Assembly (NCBI GenBank): GCA_013265495.1
Contig: MU058824.1
Location: forward strand, 4,181,111 to 4,245,110
Source of the DNA: Vicugna vicugna
Lineage: Eukaryota
Direction of reading: 5' to 3'
Length of the DNA: 64,000 nucleotides
Shown: positions 40,438-55,086 of the stretch, piece by piece
Position numbering within the stretch: the first letter of the stretch is position 1
Layout: the number at the start of each line of letters is the position of its first letter
Notes under the pieces: model-generated
The model's database searches: none
What the model saw: only the letters and a program-made list of their open reading frames with translations
What the model was told of the DNA's origin: nothing
Position numbers and translations under genes: made by a program

Positions 40438-43092
40438 GTTAGTAGGTGAACCTGTGGATTAATTTGGGGAGTTTCATAAGCATAAAAATATTGTGCTACT
40501 CAACTCATTCATTTAATGAAACATTTGCTAGGTAAATCCATTGTACATTTCAAGATATAAAAATGTCCAAAAAAAGTGTTGAGCATCCTTAAAGCTGTTT
40601 CGGGGTGTACCACAGTTACAATCATGAGATGGACTTCGGTGCTCTATTAGAATTACATACTGTTCCTATGAAAGGATGTCAGTGAGAAAATGGTGAATTA
40701 TGATTGGATATTCTGAAAAGATTTTGTGGCAGTAGAAGTGTTACAGCCAGTTCTTGAAGAATAGAAAGGCTTTTTCATGCCTAAGGCTGAAGTAGGGAAA
40801 TGGTGGATATTGATGAGGAACAACATACAGTCTGGCTAAAGTGAGCGGGAGAAAATGGAGATTTGATTGAAAGATTCAGCTGATTGTCTTTGAGTGACCT
40901 GTTTTTGCCCTGCTAGAGAATGGACATAATTTTGAATATTGTTGGAGGAAGGAGCCACGAAATGTTTTGGTGCTTATGGTATCAGATTGCTACCTTAAAG
41001 AGCCAGAACTCTGCTAGTAAGTGGCATGAAGGAATAAATGGGAGTGGTTGGAAGGTGGTGACAGGGTAATCTATCAGCCAATAAATTATAAAATTATGTA
41101 AGTTCTGTTCTATGGGAACTGCAAATAGAACAGAGTACATCTTGAAAGACATTTCAACACTATAGTCAACAGGATTTGACCACTGAATGGTTTATGGTAG
41201 TGTCAGGGGTGTGACTAGAAGAGTTGTAAGAGAAGATGCTCTGTAAATAAGGACTGCAATAGCCTGTGAAGAAGGCAGAATCAAAGGTGACAGTGCAAGT
41301 AGATGACATCTAATGTAGGTGGTGGTGACATTGTTACATTATTTGAGGTTAGGAATAGGGGCGGTTTTAAGGGTTGGATTTGGATATGTTGAATGTGGAT
41401 GCCTATGTGACTTTGTTTTGGTGCTGTCTGGTGTCTCCTGCTTACCCCAGCCTCACTCAGTCTATTTATACAACATGAATACTGAAACAGGTTTTCTGTT
41501 TGTTTTTTAAGGTGAATTGAACCTGGGAACAGGGAGGAGAAACTAACATACAAACACAATCTTACAGCGCTTTTCTCCTTTTTTTTAAAATGCATATGGA
41601 AGAGACCAGACAGAGACCAGACCAAATGCTATATTCTTTTGTAGTTTTCAAAATGCTATTATGTTGCTTTCTTTCTGCATATACCATCACACTGCAGTGT
41701 ACTTTGGATTCCATTCCCACATTTATTAAGAAAGGGGTGAAATTAAGTTTTTGATTTTGTTTCTACACTGTCTTAGTTTTGTACAGAGCAGTAAGAAAAG
41801 GAACTGGTTATCCTTTAGGCATTTTTGGTACTGAAAATTAAGTCATAAGTCATGTAGCTGAAAAAGACAGCTCTTTTTTAAACAGATTATATACATACCA
41901 GTGGAAAAAACTGATACAATTCCAATATACAAAATATTTTGTGTTTGCCATTGGAATCCCTTTCTAAATTGTATTTGGGGATGACTCTGTTTGATCTTCT
42001 GCAAAGTTGCACTTTAATCCAATCAGGAAAGTCTTACTTGCTTTTCTGATTTTATTTCGTAGTGTACACTCCCTAGTCCAGAGTACTTACCATTTTTTGA
42101 GTATACCCTATACATTCTTGCCTAAGTGCCTTTACCCCTCTTGACCCTTCTGCCTAAGAACTTTCCCCCTTCCTGCACATGGCCATCTTTCAAGACCCAG
42201 CTGAAAAACTGCTACCTCTGTGAAAATTCAAATGAAATCCTTCATTCCCAGGTCTAAATGAGTCTTTCCCTCTTAAGTGCTCTTAAGTGTCTTACAAAAC
42301 CTGACATACTAATCATGTCCTGCCTTCAGTTGTGTTGCTGCTAGATCATGTAGATTTGTTGAGGGTTCAATTATCATTACCTTTTCCATCCAGTAAGAGC
42401 TTAGTGAACATGTTTTATTCAATATAATTGTCATAAATTCTATTAGTTGACCTGAGTGTCCTATAGAATATAAAACAGAAGTATAAAAGGTATATATCAG
42501 CTATATCACAAATTTTATCTGAATTTTATAGCTAATTGTAATCATCAACTAAATTTAATAATTTACCATCTATTCTAGCATTTAGAAAGACTTAAGGGCA
42601 TGCATGATGAAGAGGGGAGCAGTTTATTTTAAATAACCCAGTTCTCCAAATAAAGCTGTACCAACAGCATTATTGCAACAGCATCATATTAAAACACACA
42701 GCTCTGATTTTTGAGATTATGGGAAATTAAATTTGTTCCTCTCGTCCATCATCATTTGTCACCTGTTCTCTTAAACTTGTGGCAGCCTTTAAAAGCGGGG
42801 GCAGAGGGGAAAGCAGCATGCAGATGGCTATCTGGTTGTAGAATAAAGCAAATGAGTAATTAGAGCCATTGAAAACTGGGAGAAAGGAGGTATTTATATA
42901 AAATCAGATAAGAGATAGCTGTAATATGTTGAAACATATCAACTATGTTAAAACACATAAGGTTCATAGTGATACTTCAAAAAATAAAAGAAAAAAATGA
43001 ACTCATTGATCTTGCCTATTTTATATAAATTATACTTCTGAGTACAGTTTTATAAGTCAGTTGACCAATATAGAAGTATCTATGTCTAATAA

Positions 43093-43199
43093 CAATGAAT
43101 ATATGTTCATGTATAACTGAAAAATTGTGCTCTACACTGGATTTTGACACAACATTGTAAAATGACTAAACTCAATAAAAAATGTTAAAAAAGAAAAAG
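43093..43199 (+). mobile_element. Ultra-short young L1 3' terminus
   Basis: Near reverse complement of 14119-14235; TSD tatgtctaataa at 43081-43092 and 43200-43211. Confidence 0.85.
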
Positions 43200-43551
43200 T
43201 ATGTCTAATAAATGAAGAAAGAATGATAGAATATTACCATTTTGCCATCTTTAATAAATTAATGGATCTAAGCAGTGTTCCATCAGTGCTCACATAACAA
43301 CTAGCCATGCTGAGCCTTATGATGGAAATAGTAAAATCTGTCAGTTTATAGGAAGTGCAGGGGACAAGGAATAGATAAAATTAGTCATGAATTATTGAGC
43401 CTGGGTAATGGGCATATGGAAGTTCTTTATACTGTTTCTCTATTTTGTATATATTTAAATTTTTTCCATAATAAAGCTAATTTTAAAAATATATATATTG
43501 GAATAGAAAATTTAAAGAAAGATGCAGATATGTCTCCCATTCCCTTTATAG

Positions 43552-43674
<123 letters not shown>

Positions 43675-43796
43675 TAAGTACATTTTTCTGACATCATTCT
43701 GTGTTAAATTTCCTCTTCCACCTTTATGAAATAAAAACTTAAGAGTCAAAAATAACTTGATAAAGATAAATGATGACTGTTTCATATTCTAGGTCT

Positions 43797-43938
43797 ATGC
43801 TGTCCAGTAAGGTGACTGCTAGTCACATGGGGCTAGTTAAAGTTAAAATTTTTGGTTGCACTACCTAGTGATGCTACATCGGAGAAAGAGATGTAGAACA
43901 TTTCTTGTCACCTCAGAAAGTTTATTGGACAGTGCTGT
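43797..43938. mobile_element. MER3-like DNA transposon
   Basis: gctgtccagta ... tattggacagtgctg inverted ends. Confidence 0.65.
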
Positions 43939-44074
43939 TCTGGATTTTTAGGTTGCCTAGAAATTTTATGGTGTTTAATTCAAACTGTAGAATGTTTTGT
44001 ATTAGATTGAAAAGTCTGATGATACCTGTAAAATTTGAGGGTTATACCTAAAGATTCTGCTTATTATGGTACCT

Positions 44075-45082
44075 TTTTTTATAGCAACTCTAAGATACAA
44101 TTCACATTTAAAGTGTACAATCCAGTGGTTTTTAGTATATTTTTAGGGTTTTGCAACCGTCATCACAGCCAAATTTACACCATTTTTATCACTCTCAAAA
44201 TCAACCCCTTATCTGTTAGCAGCCACTCCCCATTTCTCCCTAACCCTCTCCACCCCAGCACAGCCCCTATACCCTCCCTAATTTACTTTTACCTCTATAG
44301 ATTTGCCTGTGCTAGACATTTCACATAAATGGGACTATACAATATATGGTCTTTTGGGCCTGGCATGTTTCTCTTAGCATATTGTTTTTAAGGTCCATCA
44401 TATTGTAGCTTGTATCATTTCATTCCTAAGTGGCCACACCATTTTACATTCCCACCAGCAATGTGTAGAAGTTCCCGTTTCTCCACATCCTTACCAATGC
44501 TTGTTACTGTCTGTCTTTTGACTCTAGCCATCCTAGTGGGAGTGCAGTGATACAACATTGAGGTTTTGATTTCCATTTCCCAAGTGGCTAATGATGCTGA
44601 GCTCTTTTACTGTGCTTATTGCATATATATATGTATCTTTGGAGAAATATCTATTCACATTCTTTGCCCATCTTTAAATTGGGTTGTTTATTGAGTTGTA
44701 GAAGTTATTTATGTATTATATACAGGTCCTTTATGAGATATATGATTTTCAAAAATGTCTCCATTGTGTGAGTTAGTTGTCTTTCCACCTTCTAAAATGG
44801 TGTCTTTTGAAGCATCTTTTTGTTTCTTTGTTTTTATGAAGTTCAGTTTATCTACTTTATGTTGTTGTTTCTTGTATTTTTGGTATCACCTCTAAGAAGC
44901 CATTGCCTGTTTCAAAGTCATGAAGATTTACTCCTGCTTTTCTTGTAAGAGTTTAATAGTTTTCAGGTCTCATCTTTAGGCTTTTGATTCATTTTTTAGT
45001 TAATTTTCATATATTTTGTGAGGTAGGGGCCCAACTTCATTCTTTTGCATATAGGTACCCAGTTGTTCTAATACCATTTGTT
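44075..45082 (-). mobile_element. Old L1MB-like fragment
   Basis: aaagtgtacaatccagtggtttttagtatat...ccattttacattcccaccagcaatg...ccatttgtt. Confidence 0.78.
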
Positions 45083-45293
45083 TAATATAATAGTATCTTC
45101 AGTATTAAGACTGGTGTGGGTTTTAAACCAGAAATTTTCTTGATCTCTCATTCAGTAAAGCAGAACACTCTTACTAAATGTCTTAACATCATGCTTTTTT
45201 TTCATGGTATTAATAGATTGTTTTACCTTAAAATTTAAATGATACTCTGATAAGTGAGATGGTAACTGGTTTTGTAGGCTTAGATGGTTGTAA

Positions 45294-45452
<159 letters not shown>

Positions 45453-46920
45453 TGATGGTATCTGAAGAGAATAACCTTCAGTTATCTTTTTTATTGACCA
45501 TAGTTTCACATAGAGTAAGTTCATAGTTTAGTGGAGGGTGATTAGGGAGACATAATTGAAACACAGCTTTCAGTATGATATCTGCAAATAAAGATAAAAG
45601 ACCAGTAGAAATTAGTATATTTTTAAAGTTTTTCAATTGTCAGTAGACATTAACTACAGTCATCAATGTGGGATTGATTGTGCAAAATCTGAAAATGAGT
45701 TTTCTGTCCTTGATAATCAGTATGTCCTAATTTTCTCATGGTAGATAAGGATCAGATCTGAACTTACAAGGCCAGTTTCCTCTAAGAGTTGAAAAGAGGA
45801 CTTCACTGGAGCTTCTTTGTGAGATATTTACTGGGAAATAAACCTCTAGTGCTTTTATGTAATTCTGACCATATTCTCGTTTGTAGATTGGGGGGTGGGC
45901 AAAGCACATGAATTCTAACAGTTGTCATGCCAGAGTGGAATTATTTCAGGGTCTTCTTATTTTAATAGTAGAATAAAAATATGATGCAGTAAAATAATTT
46001 AGTCAACTTTATGGTTTGATTATTCGGAGTAGGAGATGATAATACTGAGTTAGATAACTTCACGGTTTAGTGAGGAAGACAGATGAGTTAAAATCAAATC
46101 AGTCCTCTGTATGAGCACAGATTAAGGATACCCAGTTTAGCCCAAATGGGATCCTAAAGGCAAAGCATCTGAAGTTTTTAGAAAAAAAAAAGTTATTATA
46201 TATGCATAGCCCTGATGTGTGAGAACAGAGAATGATCAGAAAACCACAGGTTCCATGTGGCTGGTGGCTAGAGCATGAGGAGTGGCAAGAGAAGAGGGTT
46301 CAGAGAGAAAACCAGGGCCAGCTTGTTGCGAAGTCAATGTGAAGTATGTGGGAGTTTGAACTTGGTTCTGGAAGCAGTGTGGGAGATGTTTTACAAGACC
46401 AAGGCCACTGTTTGGAGAATGGAATAGAGATGATTTCTGAGAGACAGGGAGATGGAATAAGGATGTCTGGGCCAGATGGGGAACAATTAGTGGAAATGGG
46501 ATGAGACGAGGACTTGATTTGAGAGCTCTCATCATGTAGAAATGAGAGTATTTGATGAAAAATGGGTTATAGAAAGTAAGAGAGCACATGATGCCTGTGT
46601 TTCTGGTTTTAGCAACACCGTAAATGGCAGTGCTGTTTGTTGAGATGGAGTTTTAAGCCAGTTATTATATTTGCCTGAACTGGTGATGGGTAATCTTGTC
46701 AATATGTTAAAACAGACCTATTAAAAATTATTCTTAGGTTATTAATAAGTCTTTGAGGTTTGTGGAGTATTTTTTAAAAGATAGATTAAATGATTGCCTT
46801 ATAACTTAAAGGAACAAAGAATATTAAAACTAATATGGAAAGTAAAAATAGTTCTGTTGCTTTTAATATGTTTCATTGTATAAGTAAAAATTCAGACAAG
46901 TTTTTTCTTTTATGTTTTAG

Positions 46921-46983
46921 GCAAATCGTACTTGCCCAATTTGCCGAGCTGATGCTTCAGAAGTGCATCGGGATTCAGAATGA
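46921..46983 (+). CDS. RNF38: RNF38 last coding exon (ANRTCPICRADASEVHRDSE*)
   Basis: tatgttttag acceptor at 46920; CPIC completes the RING-H2; TGA at 46981-46983. Confidence 0.98.
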   Translation, partial: ANRTCPICRADASEVHRDSE

Positions 46984-49900
46984 CCAACCTAAGAGCACAA
47001 ATTTAGTTTGGGTGTTCCTCATCACATGTATATACGGACTATCCATTGAACTTAATCTGTGTGGCTTCCAGCCCTCCCTTTACCAAAAGGGTCAATGGAC
47101 CTTTCTTTGCACTGTGTGACTTAATCAACTATAAAAGCTTACAATTAGTCTTCACAATTATGGGATTGTTATACTAACTGTGTGATTGGAACTCCAAAGA
47201 CTTTTTCTTTAGCTTAATTTTGTGTGTGCACTAACATTCCCTGGTTTTTGTGTGATCATTCCGAGTGTTGCTGCAAGATTACAGTGGACGTGATCTTTTA
47301 GCATGTGCTTTTATAAAAAGTGGTAGCTCCAGATGATATAGCAATCTACCTTATATAGAGCCTTCAGAAACTGTGAGTGGAAGTGAGTGCAGCGTATGAT
47401 TGTTGGTGATAAATGTATCTGTGTGTATGAGAGAGTGTGTGCAACTACTTGTGTGAGGGCATGGTAGCTAATGTGTGTATGAGATCCTATATACCAGCAT
47501 GTACCAAGAATGTGTGTGTAGTTTTAATTATGCTGCAATGTATAATCTGGTGTGTTATTTAAACAGCACTAGTACTGTACACTGGTTTTTTCCCTTGTGT
47601 TTGCTGTTGCACACTGATTGCTAAGGGTGCATCAATTATAAGCATTGAATACTCATCCCTTTCCCTCCCAATGAATGGAATGAGAAAAGCCTTCTTCCTT
47701 TGCTTCAGGCAGCTGTCACCTTCCCTTCGTTGGTGATCCCAGGTGGGTCACTTAAGGAAAACAGTGTAACAGATTCTAACTCCATAAACCTGATTTTTTG
47801 ATTCTGTTTTGAAAAAAATTTTTAAATCTCCCAACTTGCTGTTTCCAAAAAGAAGGTGCAATATCATTCATCATCAGTTAGCAATATTAGCATTTCAATC
47901 AAAGATTTGAATGTTGATACTCTGTTTTTTTTCCTTTACATTTCCTTTACTTCTTACAGGAAGTACTTGTGTTTTTTTGTTTTTTTTTTTTAATGTTTAG
48001 ATTTGTAGTCTATTCTGAAGATATTTGAGTAATATATTTCTAAGAATACCACTGGTCCCATGAAGTCTCACCTCCTCTACTTCCACCAGAACAAAATCTG
48101 TTAACTCAGCTTGACTTCTGATACATGTTCTTTGTTCAGGCTCCTCCCATAGGCAACTAAATTGCTTTAAGAAAACTATATTTCTGTTTCTATTAACTCA
48201 CCTGCCTAGCTCCAACCCTGAAAGTTGTCTAGTCCTTCTTCCCTCAGTAAATGTGCTTCTCATCGAAACCCTCATTTCCAGGATGGATCAAGTGCTGTGA
48301 CAGCTCGAGTTCCTTAGACCCGATGTGCTTTGATGTTTTCTTGCTTTTTACTTTTTGTTTGAATGAGAAAAAGTTTAATATAACAGGTGTCCAGAATACT
48401 TGCAGTATAAATGCAGATTTGATTTTGTATAAAAATAATGCTGTAAAACAGGAATTGACCTTCATTTAGTTGATCTGAAAATAATACATAGCTGTGTGGG
48501 GTTTTTATAGGTTCATTGAGCGTAATTCAGATTGTTCAGTCATCTTTGCAGCCACGTTTGGTTCCTCTCTCCTTCTTCTCATGTGTTCAGCATTGTCTGC
48601 CTCTTCCTGCAGTTGATGTCATTGCTGTTTGCAGTAGCACAAGCTGCATAATTCCAGTCAGGACTGTGATGACTTGCTGCCAGCCTCACTCAACTTTCAG
48701 TTGGCTCTGTGTCAGTTTTCTACTCGGACAGTATTAACTACTTGTTACTGCCATGCTACTTGCCTTCCCTTGAAGACTCTATAAGCTCTCACAGCTTAGA
48801 GTTCAGTAAAGTCAATTCACACAGAAGCACAATTTTGCCCTTTTCCAGACACTGTTGCCTCTGTCTAGTCATACAGGAAGGATTTTGCATCCTTTCTCTT
48901 TGCCCCTGTATTTGTCAGTGCATCAGAAATACATCTAACAGTGGTAAAATGTACATGTTACTTTTAAATCATTAGGATATCCCCCACCGATTCCTGATGA
49001 ATAAAGTGTGTTAACGACCAAAATTGTTGGCATAATAATCAGCTACATTACAAATCACGTATAGTTTAATCTTTATTTTTTTTAATTAAAAAATCATGTT
49101 TAAAATGGCAAAAGCCCATCTTATACATAGACTCTTTTATATAGCTGCAAAAAATTTATATCTGTACAGATCTAACATAACACTACTACACTCAGTATTC
49201 ATTTTATTGAAGCATGCAAATAAAGCACTTTTTCTAATTTATATAGATACCTAATTAACAAGGCACATTGTACTAATGACTAGGAAAAGTAGCTCTTTCT
49301 TCCTTCCCTCTGACGATGAATTCTTGTCATAATACTCCTTTTCCAATAAATTTTGAGAGGCAGTTGGCAATGTAGGAGGCAGCAGGGTCTATTTTGGTAA
49401 AATCCTGAATTGATTGTTGCACTCTTGTGACTGATCTCTCTTTGGGAATGTCTTTTCTTTGCATGGGGCTCTTAGAGATGTGTGCAGACTTGCTTATTAA
49501 GTGGTTTTATTGCGTATTAGGAGCATACATGCATGTGTTCTGAACCAGCTCAGACTAGCCACAGTGAGCAACTTCGTGACTAGCAGAAGAGAAAGAACAG
49601 TTGATTGGTACCCAGCTGTTGTGACCGTGGGTGATGCACCAGATAGCAGGCAGATGTTGGTTTGTTGCCTTCTTCCTCTTTCTTCCTAAAACAATACTGG
49701 CTTTACCATCTTGACTCTGCTGTGTTTTTTGTTTTCCTTTGCATGAGATACCATCTTTGATTTTTTTGTGTGTGACCCCCCCCCAACAGAACAAAACAGA
49801 AAAAAAGGCCTCCAGGTATTGAGATCTCGTTAGGATTTTCTGTCCTGAATTTTTTTGCAAAATCTGGAAAATGTGAAAGCATATTTAGATTTTATATACT

Positions 49901-50357
49901 CTGAAATGTGATTTGTTAAGATTCTTAAATTGGGGCCTCTTACAATATTTTGAATGAGATCTACTAACTCAATTTATGAGAATATTTTTCACAGATATCT
50001 TTAGGCCTTCATTAGAAAGCTATTCTCCCCCTGTTGGTACATTTGGTTACCTCATTTTGCTGTTTGTTTCAGATTATGAAAGCTTACAGGGGTGTATTTT
50101 GGAATCATTTGCTGAGTCATTTTCTCAAATCATATTCCATTGTATCAGTTAACATAGTTTTAAATGTACGTATTATAAATATCTGTAACCAAATCATTTG
50201 AAGGCTTGATAAATTTTTAACAAAGTTTGTACATTTTTTATGAAAGTTACTAGTAATGCTTTACTAAGTAGTGCAATGAATTTTTATTTTTAATCCCTGT
50301 GCCCAATTTTGGAGTTGAGAGGGTTGTTGGTAATAAATGTATGATGTACACTTAAAA
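46984..50357 (+). other. RNF38: RNF38 3' UTR (about 3.4 kb; 3' end approximate)
   Basis: Follows the stop codon; AU/UG-rich; no recognisable TE; ends at AATAAA with a GU-rich downstream element. Confidence 0.8.
50332..50337 (+). terminator. Distal polyadenylation signal of RNF38
   Basis: AATAAA with TGTA elements nearby and ttttgttgtgtttcatgtt about 25 nt downstream. Confidence 0.75.
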
Positions 50358-51644
50358 CATTTTGTTGTGTTTCATGTTACTGTGTTAGGGAAAGGTAGGG
50401 TTGTGTGTGTTTGGAGGAGGGGTGTTAGGGGGATTCTAGCAGGAAGACAGAGCTGTTGCTTAACTAATAAGCAGCCTGATTTAATTTCTAGACTATAGTC
50501 CAGATTTCATTTCTGCAGTGGTGTAAACAATTTAGAAACGTAAAAGCAATTTACATTATAACATATGGTACATACTTTCATCTTTAAAAAGGCCAAGAAA
50601 GCTGAGAGTAGGCACACGTGTGGTGTAAGCTTATTGAACAGTAGACATAAATGGGTAACCAGATTTCTTTCTCTGTATGGCAACCATAAGATACAGGAAA
50701 TAAGAGAACAATAGATAATAGGGCAGATTTGTTCACATTAGTTACAGTAGCTTATGTCCAACTTGTCAACATAATATGGAAAGAGGAGCCTCTACTTGTC
50801 ATTTTCCATACATGTTTGTATAATTGCTTTCTTTTGACTAAAAAAGGAAGAAAGTAAAGCAATCTGTTTACCTATATGCTGAAAGTAGAAACAAAATTCA
50901 AAAAAAATTGAGGCTAAATAGTAGATCCCAATTCTTTCTCTTTCAGGAAGCAGTTCTTTGGCTTAAGGGAAGGTGATGCCTTCTGACTGGCTCCAGTACT
51001 TAACTGACAGGAGCATTCAGAAAAGTGACCAGGTCCTCCTTGTTTCCCTCACTTTCCAGCATAATTGAAAGAGTGTGTTGGATTTGGAATGTCTCAAAAC
51101 TTGCATTGTCTTATTGCAGAGGCATTTAGTGCTCAGTAAATACCTATGCGCTCTCTCCCTTCTCTGTACCTACAGGAAGGCAGTGAGGCCCATGCCGCTG
51201 GTTCTGACCGAAGGACTGTGAGCTTAGGCCATGTGGGAGCATTTCAAGGCAACTCTCTCTACCTCTCCTGTGGTGATGGCAGCCCTGTGTCCTGAGTCAC
51301 TACCTGTTAAGAGAGCTGTCCTAGAAAGACACTGGACCATGCAAGTTTTCTGTTAACAATAAATATAGGTCCTTAAACTACTCTTTATCAGGGCTTCATC
51401 TTTGCCAATTTATTTCCCCCTTTTATAAGTTTTTTTAATCTTATTCTAACTATGCTTTGATAATACTAATCCTCGGATGTACCGAATGTGCCAATTAAAT
51501 ATCACTTGGCCACAATTAAGTTTGCAGTAGATCACAAGACCCGATATTTGCACCAGAGGATATAATTCTTGTGAATGTGGTCAGATCACTACCAAGTTTT
51601 TCAGGTCTCTTGTGTGCTTTAGAGTAATGAACCTGTATGGACAA

Positions 51645-51922
51645 GGCTGTCCAATAGAAGTATAATTAGCCACTTAAGTAATTTTTTAAATTTTAGTGAC
51701 CACATTAAAAAGTAAAAAGAAACAGTTAAAAATTTAAAATGTATTCAACCTAACATGCCCCAAATATTTCAATCTGTAATCAGCATAAAAGATCTATTGT
51801 CACATACCAAGTCTTTGTAGTCCAGTGTACATTTACAATACATCTCAATTTGGACTAGCTACATTTCAGATGCTCAAACAGCCACATGCAGATGTTGGAA
51901 TGTTGGCCACCATGTTGGAACA
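51645..51922. mobile_element. MER33-like DNA transposon
   Basis: gctgtccaatagaa...cacattaaaaagtaaaaagaaacag...catctcaatttggactagc. Confidence 0.7.
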
Positions 51923-53154
51923 GGAAGGTTTAGATCAAGACTGTCAGGTTACCTGGTTTCCAAATAGGAACATTGCCCTTGATACCCCAAGGCTTCTTAA
52001 TTTTTTCATTGCATGCCTTAATAAACCACAATATGATTAGAAGTAATTTACTCTTTGTGTAGTTGAACGTAACTTGTTGCTATATCCAACATATGAATAT
52101 GTAAAAAGCAGACTTACATTGCTGTGAACATCATGTGTAACTTCCCTGGCTAACATTCAACAACAAAGTTCCTTGTTTGTCAGTAAATTCCCAAGTCAGA
52201 CCTTTGCTTTTAGCACCTTCAGGATTCATACCTATTTAAAAGATTAACTTGCCAATCAGAAAATAGGACATTCTGAAGAAGTGAGAGTAAGACTAGCAGC
52301 CCACATTGAAATGGTGGTAGAGAATTATTCGAGAAGAAGGAACTCACATTCCCTTCAAACCTCTGGTTCTTGGTCTACACATGGAAACAGTATAGTGGCT
52401 GGTTAGTAAAAGGACCTATACCCAGCACTCTGCCAGTCCCCAGCAAACGTTCACCAGCTGCCTTCTTAGCCTCCCTTTCCTTGTTAGAACCCTTCCCCAC
52501 AGCCCCCCCTTAATAGCAAACTTTAAAGATTGGAAAGCAGCCTCCCTCTTCCCACTACCCCAGTACTTGCAGGTTTAGACGAGAACACATTTTATATTAT
52601 CCAACTTTCTTGGTAGTTACTATCTTTTAGCAAAGAAGAGTTCTCCAAACATGTGCCAAGGTACATTTCCGACAGTGCTTATTAATCTTGGTAATAATAG
52701 ACATTTCTGTAGTCAGTGCAAGCAATATGGTATCCACATGTTTTAGCTGGTTCTTTTTTCCCCTTCTTGTGGATATGTTAATACTGGACTTCAGCTAAGT
52801 CAGAGGAGAGTAACCTTGACTCCATTACAAAACAAGGCTAGCTTTGCCAAGAAAAAAAAATGTATCCCTATCCATGACAATTCAGGCCCCAGTTTTGTTC
52901 TCAGTAAGGAGGAAAATAAGCTGCATTTACTCTAGCTCCAGAGTATCTAGCGGAAACTTGGATCCTGTAATCCAAGCTACTAAATTTTAGTTGGGGAAAC
53001 AAGTCAGAGAGGAAAATGTGAGTTCAAGGTCAGTTAATGTCTGTGCCCCATGAAATAAGGAGAGACTTGAGTCCTTCCTAAGGAGTGTTCACAGCTTGAC
53101 AGTGCTTTTTATAAAGCACCAGCCTATGCCTGGAAATGGGAGTTTGAGTCCTTA

Positions 53155-53460
53155 GTTTATTAGTTTCCTAGGGCTGCCGTAACAAATTACCACAAATTTG
53201 GTGGCTTACAACCAATTTAATCTCTCAGTTTTTGGAAGCCACAAGTCCAAAATCAAGGCGTTGGCAGCGCTGGGCTTCCCTGAAGACTGAGGGAGAATCT
53301 TCCATGTTTCTCTGACCTGGGAGTCCTTTGGTTTGTAGACATTGAACTCTAATCTCTGCCTGTCTACTCATGGGTCTTCACAGGTTCCCTGCGTCTGTGT
53401 GCCTTCACCTGAATGGAAATCCCCACACCTTCACTAGAAGTCAGCAGCAGGGGACTTAGA
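53155..53460 (-). mobile_element. ERVL-MaLR LTR (MLT1C/D-like)
   Basis: tattagtttcctagggctgccgtaacaaattaccacaaa...aagtccaaaatcaagg. Confidence 0.75.
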
Positions 53461-53839
53461 AGCCAAATTTGTTTCATCTTAGTAAATTATTTGAATCTGT
53501 TTCAACAAATTCCTAATTCAGAATTCCTTATAAAGCATGACCAAAATAATTTTGACTGGGAAACTGTTAAAGAGGCTCATTCCTTTACCTTCAGCTCATT
53601 CCTGCAGCCAAAGATAGACCTCAGTCATGGTCTCACAGATTGACTCAGAGCAGCATGGCTTCCTAGTATATCCATGAAATTCAGTTAGCTGTGAAAGTTA
53701 ACTACAAAATGTACATCAAGTAAGTGAGCAATTAGCAAATTTTTTAAAAGATGAATAAATAGGAACAAGCCTGCAACTTAAGTCCCAGGTGTTTGATTTG
53801 ATCCATGATAGTTCCTTTGTTGAATCAAAATCTGAAAAG

Positions 53840-54825
53840 AATTATGAAAACATTATGTAAGTGAAAGAAGTCAGACAAAAGGCCACATCTTGTATGATTC
53901 CATTTATGTGAAATGTCAAAGGCAAATCTGAAGATGCAGAAAATAGATTAGTGGTTAATTAGGCTGACTTAGGAGGGTTGGAAGTGACAGCTAAGGAGTT
54001 TCTTCTAGGGGTAATGAAAATATTCTGGAGTTGTGTGATGGATACACAATTTGGTGAATCTATTGAAAGCCGTTGAATTGTACCCTTTAAATGGGTGAAT
54101 TGCGTGGTATGTGAATTATATGTCAATAAAGCCGTTTTAAAAGACCACAATACCCATCAGAATGTCTTTAATTCAAAAGATTAAGAATACCATGTGTTGA
54201 GGATATGAAGCAAATGGAATTCTCATACACTCTTGATGGGAATATAAATTGAAACAACCAAGTTAGAAAACTGCTTGACAGTATCACCTAAGTTTAAGCA
54301 TACCCTATAACCCAGTAATTTCTCTCCTAGGTATATATACCCAACAGAAGTGCACCCACTAAAAGGCATATGTACGAATGTTCATAGTGGACCCTAACAG
54401 CCCTAAACTAGAAACAACCCAAATTTTTTTCAACTGCTGAATTGATAGATTATAGTTGAGTCTTACAATGGTGTTTTAGACAGCAGAGAGCATGAACTAC
54501 AACTCCACAAAACATCGTGGGTGAATCTCAACAAATAGACTGAATAAGACACAAAAGAATACATACTGGTTATTCCAATTATCGAAAGTTCAAAAACAAG
54601 CAAAATTGATCTGTGCTATGAGAAGGCGTGATAGCGGTTACCCTTGGGGTGGTGGTGACTGAAGGAAGCAGAGGGCATGGGGGCATCTGGGCTGTCAGTA
54701 ATTTTCTGTTTGTTAGTACACATGCTTGATTACACAAGCTTCAATTTGAGAGGTTCACTGTAATCTATGCTTATGATTTGTTCAATTTGCTGTATATATA
54801 ATTTTATAAACTATTTTTAAAAATA
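53840..54825 (+). mobile_element. Old L1MB and L1ME-like 3' fragments (two adjacent)
   Basis: aaaacattatgtaagtgaaagaagtcagac...caataaagc, then a second diverged ORF2/3' UTR piece. Confidence 0.7.
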
Positions 54826-55086
54826 AATGGTGGGTCCTACTCTGACCTTTGGTAGAAGCACAATGCATGTGGGCAAATGAATCTTTATCACCTTAAATGA
54901 GTCATACCCGGTACATTAATATCCCCAATGTTGCATCACATAAAACTTTAAAAACCTCCCCAAATCAAACACTTCCCCCGTCCCCAAATATCTGTGTTTT
55001 GAACTTGCTTTTTAAGTTAAGTGGGAGAGCAGCAACTATTTCCAGAATATTGTCTCCGTGCTAATAAAGAGTATTTAAGCATGGCA

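Noticed and set aside
46835..47119. 94-aa ORF overlapping the last RNF38 exon in another frame
   Set aside because: Starts within the intron; no support for independent expression
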